Source of the DNA: an uncultured Bdellovibrionales bacterium
GTDB lineage: Bacteria > Bdellovibrionota_C > UBA2361 > SZUA-149 > CALKYB01
Direction of reading: 5' to 3'
NCBI GenBank assembly: GCA_964510575.1
Contig: CAZECN010000005.1
Location: 18,518-82,517 of the forward strand
DNA: 64,000 nt
Position 1 is the stretch's first letter, and the number at the start of each line of letters is the position of its first letter. Below the pieces are notes generated by a model that saw only the letters and a list, made by a program, of their open reading frames with translations, had not been told where the DNA came from and did not search any database. Positions 17,889-25,546 of this stretch are shown here, piece after piece. A program made the translations under genes and the position numbers.

Positions 17889-18158
17889 ATGGACTTAAGC
17901 CTTGTAGTTGGAGCTTTGTCTGTTGTGGTCAATTTGACCATATGGGTATTCGCTGCTGCCCTGGCTGGAGGAGTTGTTTCTGGGATTATTAGAGTAGTTA
18001 CAGGAATGGAGGAGGAGATACTTAGTATTTTTTTTCGAGCCCTAGCTGTTTTTTTTCTTCTTTATATTTTTTCAGGTCCTGGATGGGAGGTCGTCTTGGA
18101 ATATACGGAGAGAATTTGGGGAGAGAAGAGTACCTATTCTTTCTCGACGGGTAACTGA
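17889..18158 (+). CDS. sctS: T3SS export apparatus protein SctS (FliQ family)
   Basis: 89-aa two-TM protein (LVVGALSVVVNLTIWVFAAALAGGVVSGIIRVVTGMEEEILSIFFRALAVFFLLYIF) typical of FliQ/SctS. Starts 1 nt after sctR. Confidence 0.8.
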   Translation: MDLSLVVGALSVVVNLTIWVFAAALAGGVVSGIIRVVTGMEEEILSIFFRALAVFFLLYIFSGPGWEVVLEYTERIWGEKSTYSFSTGN

Positions 18159-18167
18159 GTCTACAAA

Positions 18168-18887
18168 GTGAATAGCTTAATAGTCGCTGAAATACTTACA
18201 TTTTCTATCACAGCTTTTTCCTTGGGTTTTGGTTTTATGCCTAAATTCTCAAGGGCATCGTTTTTTGTAATTCTCTGTTGGCTGACTTTCCCTGCTGTTA
18301 TGGCCTCCTCATTGGCCTTGATTAGTGAACCTAAAAGCTTGGTTTTTTCAGGTAATTTTTCTGGATTGAGTAAGGGTTTTTTCTCCGGAGCATTGGCTGG
18401 CTTTATGGTTAGTGCTAGCGCTTGGGCTTCAATTATTTTTGCGGGTTGGGTCAACGCTGTTGTTTTCCCGAAAGATATCAAGGAGACAATTCTCTTGAGA
18501 GGAGATGATTGTCGAACAAGTTTATTCACCTTTTTGGGACTTCTTTTCTGCTTTTCTTTTTTTCAAAGTGACGCAGGTACTTCTATTGTTGTGGCTATGT
18601 TTGATTTATTGGAGAGCTCTAAAGGACAAGATCATCAGTTGTTCTTTAACCAAGGAATGTCGGTCATATTCTACCTATCTATATTGCTTTCTTTTCCTAT
18701 ATTTTTAGCTAGCTTGGTTGTGGATATCCTAATTTTTTTTCTTGAAAGGTTAGCTGGATTAGCGGTGGGTGAGGGCATATTCGGCGCGTTTCGCCTTCCA
18801 GTCATTTTGCTGTGTTTGGCTGTTTTTGTTCAATTAGCCCTTCAGGGTTTTGTCTCTGATGGATTTCATATTCTCGATTTTACATAG
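18168..18887 (+). CDS. sctT: T3SS export apparatus protein SctT (FliR family)
   Basis: 239-aa polytopic membrane protein of FliR/SctT size and hydropathy, in the canonical R-S-T-U position; GTG start. Confidence 0.7.
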   Translation: MNSLIVAEILTFSITAFSLGFGFMPKFSRASFFVILCWLTFPAVMASSLALISEPKSLVFSGNFSGLSKGFFSGALAGFMVSASAWASIIFAGWVNAVVFPKDIKETILLRGDDCRTSLFTFLGLLFCFSFFQSDAGTSIVVAMFDLLESSKGQDHQLFFNQGMSVIFYLSILLSFPIFLASLVVDILIFFLERLAGLAVGEGIFGAFRLPVILLCLAVFVQLALQGFVSDGFHILDFT

Positions 18888-18900
18888 GAGCTCCCGGTAA

Positions 18901-19647
18901 GTGTCTGAAAAACGTTATCCAATTTCCGATTTAAAAAGAGAGAAGCTTCGTAAGGCAGGAGTTATTGCCTTGGGTAGAGAGCTAAGTGCTTTCGGGAGTG
19001 TTGTTTCCTTGGGATTGGTTTGTGGAGTTTTGTTGAGTAGTGGTTTGGTAGAGAGTGTTATAGAAATTTGGTCTGCGCTTGACCATGATGGTGTCTCGGT
19101 AGCTGTCGTTCTGCAAAAAAGCTTTTTATCAGCGACCAAAGTACTTTTCACATGCTTAACCATAGCTAGTTTTATTTATATTCTTGGGCACTTATTACAA
19201 AGCGGCTTTCTCTTCCAGCCAAGACTTCTGTTCTCAGGAGTCGCTGAGCGCCTTGGGTTTGGACGTCTTTTTAGCTTTAGCTTTACTGAAGGCCTATTTC
19301 TTTTGATTGCCTCTATCGTTTGGGCTGGAGTTAGCTATTTGACGGTAAATTTATTGCTGTATGAACTGAGTGAAATCAAACCAGATAGTTATTTTCAATT
19401 GGATCCCGTGGTATCCAAAGAAGTTTTAGCCGAACGTTTCGATTCTTTGATTGGACAGATTTTCCCGCTTGTATTTGGTGTTGTGGTTCTCGCGAGCTTT
19501 TTGTTTGGTGTCATTATTTTTTTGGTGAGGAAGATTGCTTTTGATGCCAAGCACATGATGACCAGGCAGGAGGTCGAGCAGGAGGCTAAGGAGTATGAAG
19601 TGGATCAAAACATGAAAAGAGCCCAGTATGAGCGGCGCAATTCATGA
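18901..19647 (+). CDS. sctU: T3SS export switch protein SctU (FlhB/YscU family), membrane domain only; C-terminal autocleaving NPTH cytoplasmic domain absent
   Basis: N-terminus (EKRYPISDLKREKLRKAGVIALGRELSAFG) matches FlhB/SctU; 4 TMs; ends ...MMTRQEVEQEAKEYEVDQNMKRAQYERRNS, equivalent to the FlhB linker MSKQEVKDE...KGRIRQ, then a stop. Only 248 aa versus the usual ~350. No NPTH-containing ORF in any frame downstream. Confidence 0.75.
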   Translation: MSEKRYPISDLKREKLRKAGVIALGRELSAFGSVVSLGLVCGVLLSSGLVESVIEIWSALDHDGVSVAVVLQKSFLSATKVLFTCLTIASFIYILGHLLQSGFLFQPRLLFSGVAERLGFGRLFSFSFTEGLFLLIASIVWAGVSYLTVNLLLYELSEIKPDSYFQLDPVVSKEVLAERFDSLIGQIFPLVFGVVVLASFLFGVIIFLVRKIAFDAKHMMTRQEVEQEAKEYEVDQNMKRAQYERRNS

Positions 19648-19758
19648 ACTAGATGGTATTGAAGAAAAGGCCACTTTTTACTGGACTATTATAGTGTTAG
19701 GTTATGGCCTTGAGGATAGCTCAATTTTTGGCAATTTAGACTTAATTAAATAGGTCTT

Positions 19759-20265
19759 ATGGTGGATGGTAAAGATAAAATTGAATCTAAGCAGACCTTG
19801 CTAACGGGACGTAAGCGATCTGTAAAAGTTTCTAATAAGAGTGAAACCCATCGACCTGAATCATTGGTCAAATCAGCTCCCTCGGAAGAATCTCAAGTCG
19901 ATAATAATGAGTTAGCTCGGTCTGAATCTCGTGAGGTGGTTGAGAAAGCCCCTCAATCTGCTCCACCTGCTGAAAGTAAAGCTTCGGCGGAGCCTGATCT
20001 AGCGGTTCCGAGTGCAGAAACTAGTTTCAAACCATTAGAGTTTTCAAAGGGTCAACAAGTTCGGGAGTATTCTTCGGCTAGCCCTCTTTCCATCTTATTG
20101 CCAAGAATTGGAGATTTGCGGGCACTTTCTCAGAATGAGGCTTTTTTAAATAATGCAAGGGAGAGTTTGAAGGATAGTTCAGCTAGTCGGGATAGAAATC
20201 CAATTACGGAAAGGTCGATGATTCAACAAGTCTTAGATTGGCTATCTATGGGGGAGCGCCAGTAG
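19759..20265 (+). CDS. Hypothetical Ser/Ala/Glu-rich, probably disordered protein (possible T3SS-associated substrate or regulator)
   Basis: 168-aa ORF on the operon strand between sctU and the TPR chaperone-like gene; low complexity, no recognisable domain. Confidence 0.4.
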   Translation: MVDGKDKIESKQTLLTGRKRSVKVSNKSETHRPESLVKSAPSEESQVDNNELARSESREVVEKAPQSAPPAESKASAEPDLAVPSAETSFKPLEFSKGQQVREYSSASPLSILLPRIGDLRALSQNEAFLNNARESLKDSSASRDRNPITERSMIQQVLDWLSMGERQ

Positions 20266-20277
20266 CTACTGTATCAA

Positions 20278-20673
20278 ATGAATGTTTACCCTCCAGAACT
20301 TTTAAAATCGATGTACGAACTAGGTCGAATGTATTTTGAAATGGGGTATTTTGCTCCTGCTGAAAAAATATTTCAAGGACTAGTCGCTGTAGATAAAGGG
20401 GAGACTCCAGCTCGGGTAGGCTTAGGTCTGGTTAAGATTGAGAGAGGTTTTTATCAAGAAGCAGCGATGAATTTTAGAAGTGCGATTCAAAAAGGACAAT
20501 ACCAGGTGCAGGCTAAAATAGGGATGGCCTTTTCTTTTATTGCCCAGAATGAGTTGTCTAGAGCCAGATCGATGCTATCTCAGATTGAAAATGACCATGG
20601 CGATAAGATCATGGAGGATCAAGGTATTCGAATTCTTTTTGAAGCTGCCTATATCCGATGCGAAAAGGACTAG
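20278..20673 (+). CDS. Small TPR-like protein, resembling class II T3SS chaperones (SycD/LcrH/CesD type)
   Basis: 131 aa, three TPR-like helical repeats (MYELGRMYFEMGYFAPAEKIFQGLVAVD...ARVGLGLVKIERGFYQEAAMNFRSAIQ...). Size and position at the end of the T3SS gene string fit a translocator chaperone. Confidence 0.4.
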   Translation: MNVYPPELLKSMYELGRMYFEMGYFAPAEKIFQGLVAVDKGETPARVGLGLVKIERGFYQEAAMNFRSAIQKGQYQVQAKIGMAFSFIAQNELSRARSMLSQIENDHGDKIMEDQGIRILFEAAYIRCEKD

Positions 20674-20674
20674 A

Positions 20675-20733
20675 TATATACTGCGCCTCATTGAAATTTC
20701 GGTTTTGCTGGATTAAGCATAGGCGCAGTATAA
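20675..20733. repeat. Hairpin repeat with TATAC termini (TATACTGCGCCT - 31 nt - AGGCGCAGTATA), immediately after the stop of the TPR gene
   Basis: Perfect 12-bp inverted arms. The left-arm motif TA(T/C)TGCGCCT recurs just after stop codons at 35476 and 50385. Confidence 0.6.
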
Positions 20734-20927
20734 GCCGAGCGCATGCGAGGCCAAAGAACCATATACTCAACCTCAAAAAATGCTTTTCAAGACCTTTAGG
20801 TCTTGTCTAAATTAATTATTAATCCGGAAAATCGAGGTATTTGGAGACTCTAGAGGCAAAACGCTGGTCGCGTTTTACAGATTCCCCGGCGCAGTATCTG
20901 TCCTCTGGCCATGCTAACGCATGGCGG

Positions 20928-21130
20928 ATATACTCAACCCGACATGATCAAAAAAGGCCGAAATTTAAAGTAGGTTGAGTATATACCCCGTCTATTTTAA
21001 ATTCTGGCTTTTTCTGTGCCTGTAGTAAAGGGGTATAAACAGTGCGTAGCACTGCCAGACAACAGGTATACTGAAACCTCATTTAAGCTATAGCCAAACA
21101 CGATATTTAAGGTGGTTTCAGTATCTATTT
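20928..21130. repeat. Composite intergenic hairpin-repeat element (units with ATATACTCAACC/GGTTGAGTATAT, TATACCCC/GGGGTATA and GTATACTGAAACC/GGTTTCAGTAT arms); copy A
   Basis: 20975-21130 aligns almost base-for-base with the reverse complement of 40073-40380, apart from a 165-bp indel in the other copy. Multiple nested inverted repeats visible in the sequence. Confidence 0.7.
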
Positions 21131-21461
21131 AGTCTTTGTTCTCTTCATCCGACTCGTCTAGTAGAGAGGAATCTACAGCCATTTTTACTGCGGACTCTAC
21201 GGTTTTTCGTTGTTCTTCTGGTAAACCGTCTGGACCAAACATTTTTTCTGCTTCTTCATTGATTAAGGTGTGGAGCGTGTCGCGGTCCGCCGTGGTCATT
21301 TTTCGGCCGGCCTTACTTCCACCAGAAGTTTTAGCTTTTTTAGCTGTTTTTTCCACCTGCTGAGAGGAGCCAACCTTGCTGGTTTTGACCTCTTTGCTTC
21401 CTTCAACAGCTCCAGTACCTGAACCAATCTTGGGTCCTTTACCACCAATTTTCTTTACCAT
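21129..21461 (-). CDS. Lys/Gly-rich small hypothetical protein co-transcribed downstream of a sigma factor (anti-sigma factor candidate, unproven)
   Basis: 110 aa, overlaps the upstream sigma-factor stop by 7 nt on the minus strand. Disordered N-terminus, helical acidic C-terminus. Confidence 0.4.
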   Translation of the reverse strand: MVKKIGGKGPKIGSGTGAVEGSKEVKTSKVGSSQQVEKTAKKAKTSGGSKAGRKMTTADRDTLHTLINEEAEKMFGPDGLPEEQRKTVESAVKMAVDSSLLDESDEENKD

Positions 21462-22333
21462 GTTGCACCTAGCTGTTCGTAGTTAGAAAGGGAAATTAAT
21501 AGAAAAATAAAACCAGTTAATACAGCTGACGATCCACTTTGTTGTGAAGCAAATTTATTGAAAGGAGGTTCCGATTTGGATTTTTTCATTTTCATCGCAA
21601 TAGGTCTGAGCCCAGGTCGAATTTTTAACTTCTTTCTAGGCGCCTTGCCTTCGGAGACCATATAAAAAACATAAGAAAGAATTTCTTTGTGTTCTCGAAC
21701 TATAACTAACTCATCTAAGGACCATTCTTCCGCTAATTTTCTCATTGAAAGGTCTTTCCAATAGATAGCATATAGGATTTCTTGATGTACTGGTTCAAGG
21801 GCTGATAGTCGCTCGAGCATTTCGTTATACTCAAGAGCTATCGCAGGATTCTCTCGTCCACTTTGTTCAAATGCAGCGATGACGCTGGCACTCGAGAGCA
21901 TTTGTCTGATGGTGTTTCTAAGAGATGCACCTTCAGTATCTTCTTCATTTTTGACAAAACCAGACCGAAGTTCTGGAAAAACTTGCATTAACCTAGCAGA
22001 GACCTCTCTAGCAGTTTGTTCTTCTGGAGTTGCTGATCCAACCCCTTTTTGCCAACTTTTAGATTTTCTTGCTTCCTCAGTCGAGGCTTCGTGGATTCTT
22101 CTTCTAGCATATCCGCGAAAGGGAACTCCCATTCCAGGGTCGTAACGCTGTGCGCAAAATAGTAGACCTTCGTAAGCTCCGCCATCTAAGCCGTCTAATT
22201 GATAGTCCAGATTCCAGGCTCTTGCGACTGACTTTGCTATTGAAGTAGCCCAACCAAGATGGTCGTCCACTAGGAGCTGTATAAGATCCGAGCTACCGGC
22301 TGGAAAATTTTTGTATTCTTCTACTTTGTTCAT
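21455..22333 (-). CDS. Sigma-70 family RNA polymerase sigma factor (group 3, FliA/WhiG-like)
   Basis: Region 2 (YEGLLFCAQRYDPGMGVPFRGYARRRIHEA) and region 4 HTH (EILYAIYWKDLSMRKLAEEWSLDELVIVREHKE) recognisable; 292 aa. Confidence 0.65.
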   Translation of the reverse strand: MNKVEEYKNFPAGSSDLIQLLVDDHLGWATSIAKSVARAWNLDYQLDGLDGGAYEGLLFCAQRYDPGMGVPFRGYARRRIHEASTEEARKSKSWQKGVGSATPEEQTAREVSARLMQVFPELRSGFVKNEEDTEGASLRNTIRQMLSSASVIAAFEQSGRENPAIALEYNEMLERLSALEPVHQEILYAIYWKDLSMRKLAEEWSLDELVIVREHKEILSYVFYMVSEGKAPRKKLKIRPGLRPIAMKMKKSKSEPPFNKFASQQSGSSAVLTGFIFLLISLSNYEQLGATW

Positions 22334-22744
22334 TTAATCAAAAGCCTTAGCCTAAGTAATGATATTATTTTTGGTCAGTCTAAGGTTTAGATGTCTCTAC
22401 TAATATAGTCGATCCTTAAAAACAGCCTATTAGTTGTAGGGTAAGGTTAGAAGCACAGTTTCTCTTCAAATTCTCCCTATGATCAGCTTATCTATAAGTT
22501 ACTGTAATTACTATTTTAAATAAGAAGCGCCCTAGTATAGAAACGATCTATATCATACAGATTTAATCAGGTATAGGCAGTTTCTACTAGGAAAAGCTTA
22601 ATTATATCAGAGGATTATAAACTAATTAGAAGTGATTTTGGCTCAGAGCTGATTAGTGATTGTTAGTCGGACAATCAGGCAGTTTTGCCGGTTTGTTTAG
22701 CAGTAGAGAATTTAAATTAGTCGGTTTTTAGGGGTATCAATCAA

Positions 22745-23524
22745 ATGTCTACTAAGTTGAAAACAGTTTCCACGACCAGAAAGAAACCATCAGTGAAAAA
22801 GCAGAAGTATATTGATGAGTTGGTCATTAACCATAGAGAAAACGGTCGAAAGCTTGCCAGAAGTTTCTTAAGAAGGTGGCGAGTCAGAATGCCTCTTGAA
22901 GAAGTAGATAGCATTGTCGACCTTACGCTTTGCGAGGCAGCCGGACGCTACGATAAGACAAAAGGTGCTTCATTTATGACCTTTTTCTATTACCATTTAA
23001 GAGGTCAAATGGTCAGGGCTGTCGAAGGAGCTGCACAGCAAAGCTCGATGATGGTTAATTTTTCCCAAACTTCAGATCTTGATGTCACAGAATGGGCTCA
23101 ACAGGATTACGCCTTGAATTCTATGGTGATTTCCGAATCGATTTGCCCTGAAGGTTCTGGGGCTAGCACGCCTGAGCACGCAGCAATTAGAAAACAAAGT
23201 ATTGAAAAGTGTGTAAGAGCTTGTGACCAACTTGATGATTTAGAAAAAGAAATTATTTCCCGTTCTTATTCTAAAGACGAAGCCTTAGTAGATATTGCTA
23301 AGTCGCTTGGTTACAGCAGATGTCACATCTCTAGAGTAAAGAAAAGAGCCATGGTTCGGCTCAGAGAGATTCTGGAAGTCCAGGGTCTTGAAGGGACAGG
23401 AGCTCCACTTACTCTTTCTGAGACAGTGTCTGCTGAGAGGACGCCTAGGAAACGAAGAAGTCGAGTCCGCTCTAATAGAGTTTCAAAAACAAAAAAACCA
23501 GCAGCTATCAAAAGAGTTGCTTAA
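22745..23524 (+). CDS. Sigma-70 family RNA polymerase sigma factor (group 3/FliA-like), divergent from the previous one
   Basis: Region 2 (DLTLCEAAGRYDKTKGASFMTFFYYHLRGQM) and region 4 (EALVDIAKSLGYSRCHISRVKKRAMVRLRE); 259 aa. Confidence 0.65.
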   Translation: MSTKLKTVSTTRKKPSVKKQKYIDELVINHRENGRKLARSFLRRWRVRMPLEEVDSIVDLTLCEAAGRYDKTKGASFMTFFYYHLRGQMVRAVEGAAQQSSMMVNFSQTSDLDVTEWAQQDYALNSMVISESICPEGSGASTPEHAAIRKQSIEKCVRACDQLDDLEKEIISRSYSKDEALVDIAKSLGYSRCHISRVKKRAMVRLREILEVQGLEGTGAPLTLSETVSAERTPRKRRSRVRSNRVSKTKKPAAIKRVA

Positions 23525-23558
23525 AGAAAAAGATTCATAACACCTGCAACACCCTTTG

Positions 23559-23595
23559 GGCCTGTTTAGTCAACTTGGCAAACAGGCCTTTTTTT
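23559..23595 (+). terminator. Rho-independent terminator after sigma factor gene
   Basis: Perfect 9-bp stem GGCCTGTTT/AAACAGGCC with a 12-nt loop, followed by T7. Confidence 0.65.
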
Positions 23596-23860
23596 ATTGA
23601 CGAGGGCTGTTATCAATTCTTTTAACTAAAGAACCTATTTATTAGTACTTAGAACGGGTATTTCTCCTTGTCAGATTAAACACCCTTGCTTTACAATGTA
23701 AAAGTTGAAGAACTGATTAGGTTAGTTTTGTACTTGTTCGAGGGGAGATAGCGGTGAGTTATTTTGAGTTGGTCTCTTTCTTTTGTGTTGGGGTGATGGT
23801 TCTTTCCATTGTATTTGGAGATTGGACTTCCTAGGATAGGAGAATTCTTTTAGAAGTTTT

Positions 23861-25546
23861 GTGAAAGAATACTTTGTTTGCTCGGCGTTAGCCGTTTTTT
23901 GTTTCTATACACTTGTTCCGCTGTGCTATTTTCCTGATGTGTTTCAAGTTTCTGAAGCACGAGAGGGAGTCGTAGTTCAGGAAATTGTTCGTACCGGAAA
24001 TCACTTACTTCCTCTTCGTCACGGAACTATTGTTCCTTCAAAACCTCCTCTTTTTCACTGGTTAGGTAGTCTTGGCTCAGGCCTTGCGGACTTATCTCCT
24101 GAGTTATTTCTTCGCCTTCCTTCACTATTGGCAGCTTGCTGCCTGGTATTCCTTTTAACTCTCTTTTGCTTCCGACTGGCTGGTTTAAATTCTGCTCTGC
24201 TAGCCGCTGGGCTAATGCTCGGGTCTTGGTCATTTATTAGGCTGGCCACGGATGGGAGGGTGGATATGTTGTTTGTATTTTTACTTAGTGTTTCTGTACT
24301 TAGTTGGAGCAGGGTTCAGTCCAACAAGGCATCTTTTGTAATGTTGGTGGTTTCAGGGTTTTCCGCTGGACTAGCCACGCTAGCGAAAGGTCCTTTGGGT
24401 TTAGTATTGCCTGGCTTGATTTTTTTTGTAGCGAACTGTTTTTCCGGTGATCGTTTAAATTTGCAATGGTTTCGTAGTGCATTTATTTGGCTTGTTTTGG
24501 CTTTGTTGGCTTGTTTACCCTGGTATTTTCAAGCATGGTTGATTGGAGGCCAACCTTTTTTAGATAGAGTCTTTTTTGAAAATGCCACTAGGTTATCAGG
24601 TGGAGAAGGTATTTCATCTAAACCCTCTTACTATTACTTAAAACATCTTTTTATTCAGCTTGGCCTAGTTTCTATTCCTGCTCTGGCTCTGATTTCGGTA
24701 TGGTTAAAAAATTGCCTTGGCCAACAAGCGGTATCTACCAAAGTTAATAAAGTAGATAAAAACACAATTACTCTAATGATTAGCTGGATAGTTATGCCTC
24801 TGATCGTCTTTAGCTTGGCCTCTGGAAAGAGAAGAGGCTACTTGCTCACACTACTGCCTCCGGTTGTTGTTTTAACCTCTGTCTTTTTGCCTACGTATCT
24901 CAAAGAATTAAAAAAGTCGAAGATGGCGAAACTGTCTTCCCAGTCAGCTTATGGGCTTTGGTGCTTGATATTTATTTTTTTATTGATCACAATTAGTAGC
25001 TCCTACCTACCCTTTAAGGGTGAAGTAGCCCTCTATTTGACGGCACTCGAACAGGCTTTCCTTGAAAACAGTTTGTTTTTTAAACTAGCGTTGTTTTTTT
25101 CAACTACCCTTTTAATTCTGACCTGCTTTTTTCAGCTGTCGGAAAAGATTAAAATATTTTCAGCCTTAATACCCCTTTGGATTGTCTTGGTTTTTATTTT
25201 GCCCTTTGCGATGAGCGCTAAATCCTACACTCACAGCTATAAAGATTTTGCTAGAGAGATTAAGAGCCTGAAGTTAGGAGAAGAGGCTTTGTTTTTTATG
25301 AAAGAGCCTTGGGTGGAGTCTTATGAAAGCCTCTTTTTTTACTTTCCGCAGAGGGTTCAACTAGCTGACCCCAATCAAACTCCTGATGCCCCTGGATACT
25401 ATTTAATAGGGCTGATCGACTACCAGAAGCTTTTCAGTGAAGAAAACTTGAAATCGAAAATTATAGCTAAGGGTGGACGTCTAACCGATCAACCAAATGA
25501 AGCGTTGGTTCTTTTGGATAACACTAGTTCTTTGCTGAAACCCTGA
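23861..25546 (+). CDS. Polytopic membrane glycosyltransferase, GT39/GT83-like (ArnT/PMT dolichyl-phosphate-mannose protein mannosyltransferase fold)
   Basis: 561 aa, ~12 TMs. The N-terminal loop (EAREGVVVQEIVRTGNHLLPLRHGTIVPSKPPLFHWL) resembles the ArnT/PMT family periplasmic loop 1. Confidence 0.55.
   Translation: MKEYFVCSALAVFCFYTLVPLCYFPDVFQVSEAREGVVVQEIVRTGNHLLPLRHGTIVPSKPPLFHWLGSLGSGLADLSPELFLRLPSLLAACCLVFLLTLFCFRLAGLNSALLAAGLMLGSWSFIRLATDGRVDMLFVFLLSVSVLSWSRVQSNKASFVMLVVSGFSAGLATLAKGPLGLVLPGLIFFVANCFSGDRLNLQWFRSAFIWLVLALLACLPWYFQAWLIGGQPFLDRVFFENATRLSGGEGISSKPSYYYLKHLFIQLGLVSIPALALISVWLKNCLGQQAVSTKVNKVDKNTITLMISWIVMPLIVFSLASGKRRGYLLTLLPPVVVLTSVFLPTYLKELKKSKMAKLSSQSAYGLWCLIFIFLLITISSSYLPFKGEVALYLTALEQAFLENSLFFKLALFFSTTLLILTCFFQLSEKIKIFSALIPLWIVLVFILPFAMSAKSYTHSYKDFAREIKSLKLGEEALFFMKEPWVESYESLFFYFPQRVQLADPNQTPDAPGYYLIGLIDYQKLFSEENLKSKIIAKGGRLTDQPNEALVLLDNTSSLLKP

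Noticed and set aside
19759-20265. 168-aa ORF as the missing C-terminal (NPTH) domain of SctU
   Set aside because: No NPTH/ALRY-type motifs; composition is S/A/E-rich and disordered, unlike the compact FlhB C-terminal fold.
6476-20673. Interpreting the sct genes as a flagellar export apparatus
   Set aside because: SctJ is a short lipoprotein rather than FliF-sized, SctQ is a single fused SpoA protein, a TPR class-II-chaperone-like gene is present, and no fliG/fliM/fliE/flg genes are in the block. An injectisome-like origin is favoured but needs phylogeny.
20675-21130. Possible CRISPR array because of multiple short repeats
   Set aside because: Repeats are inverted (hairpin) rather than direct, of several different sequences, and not regularly spaced with spacers. 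No cas genes are present.
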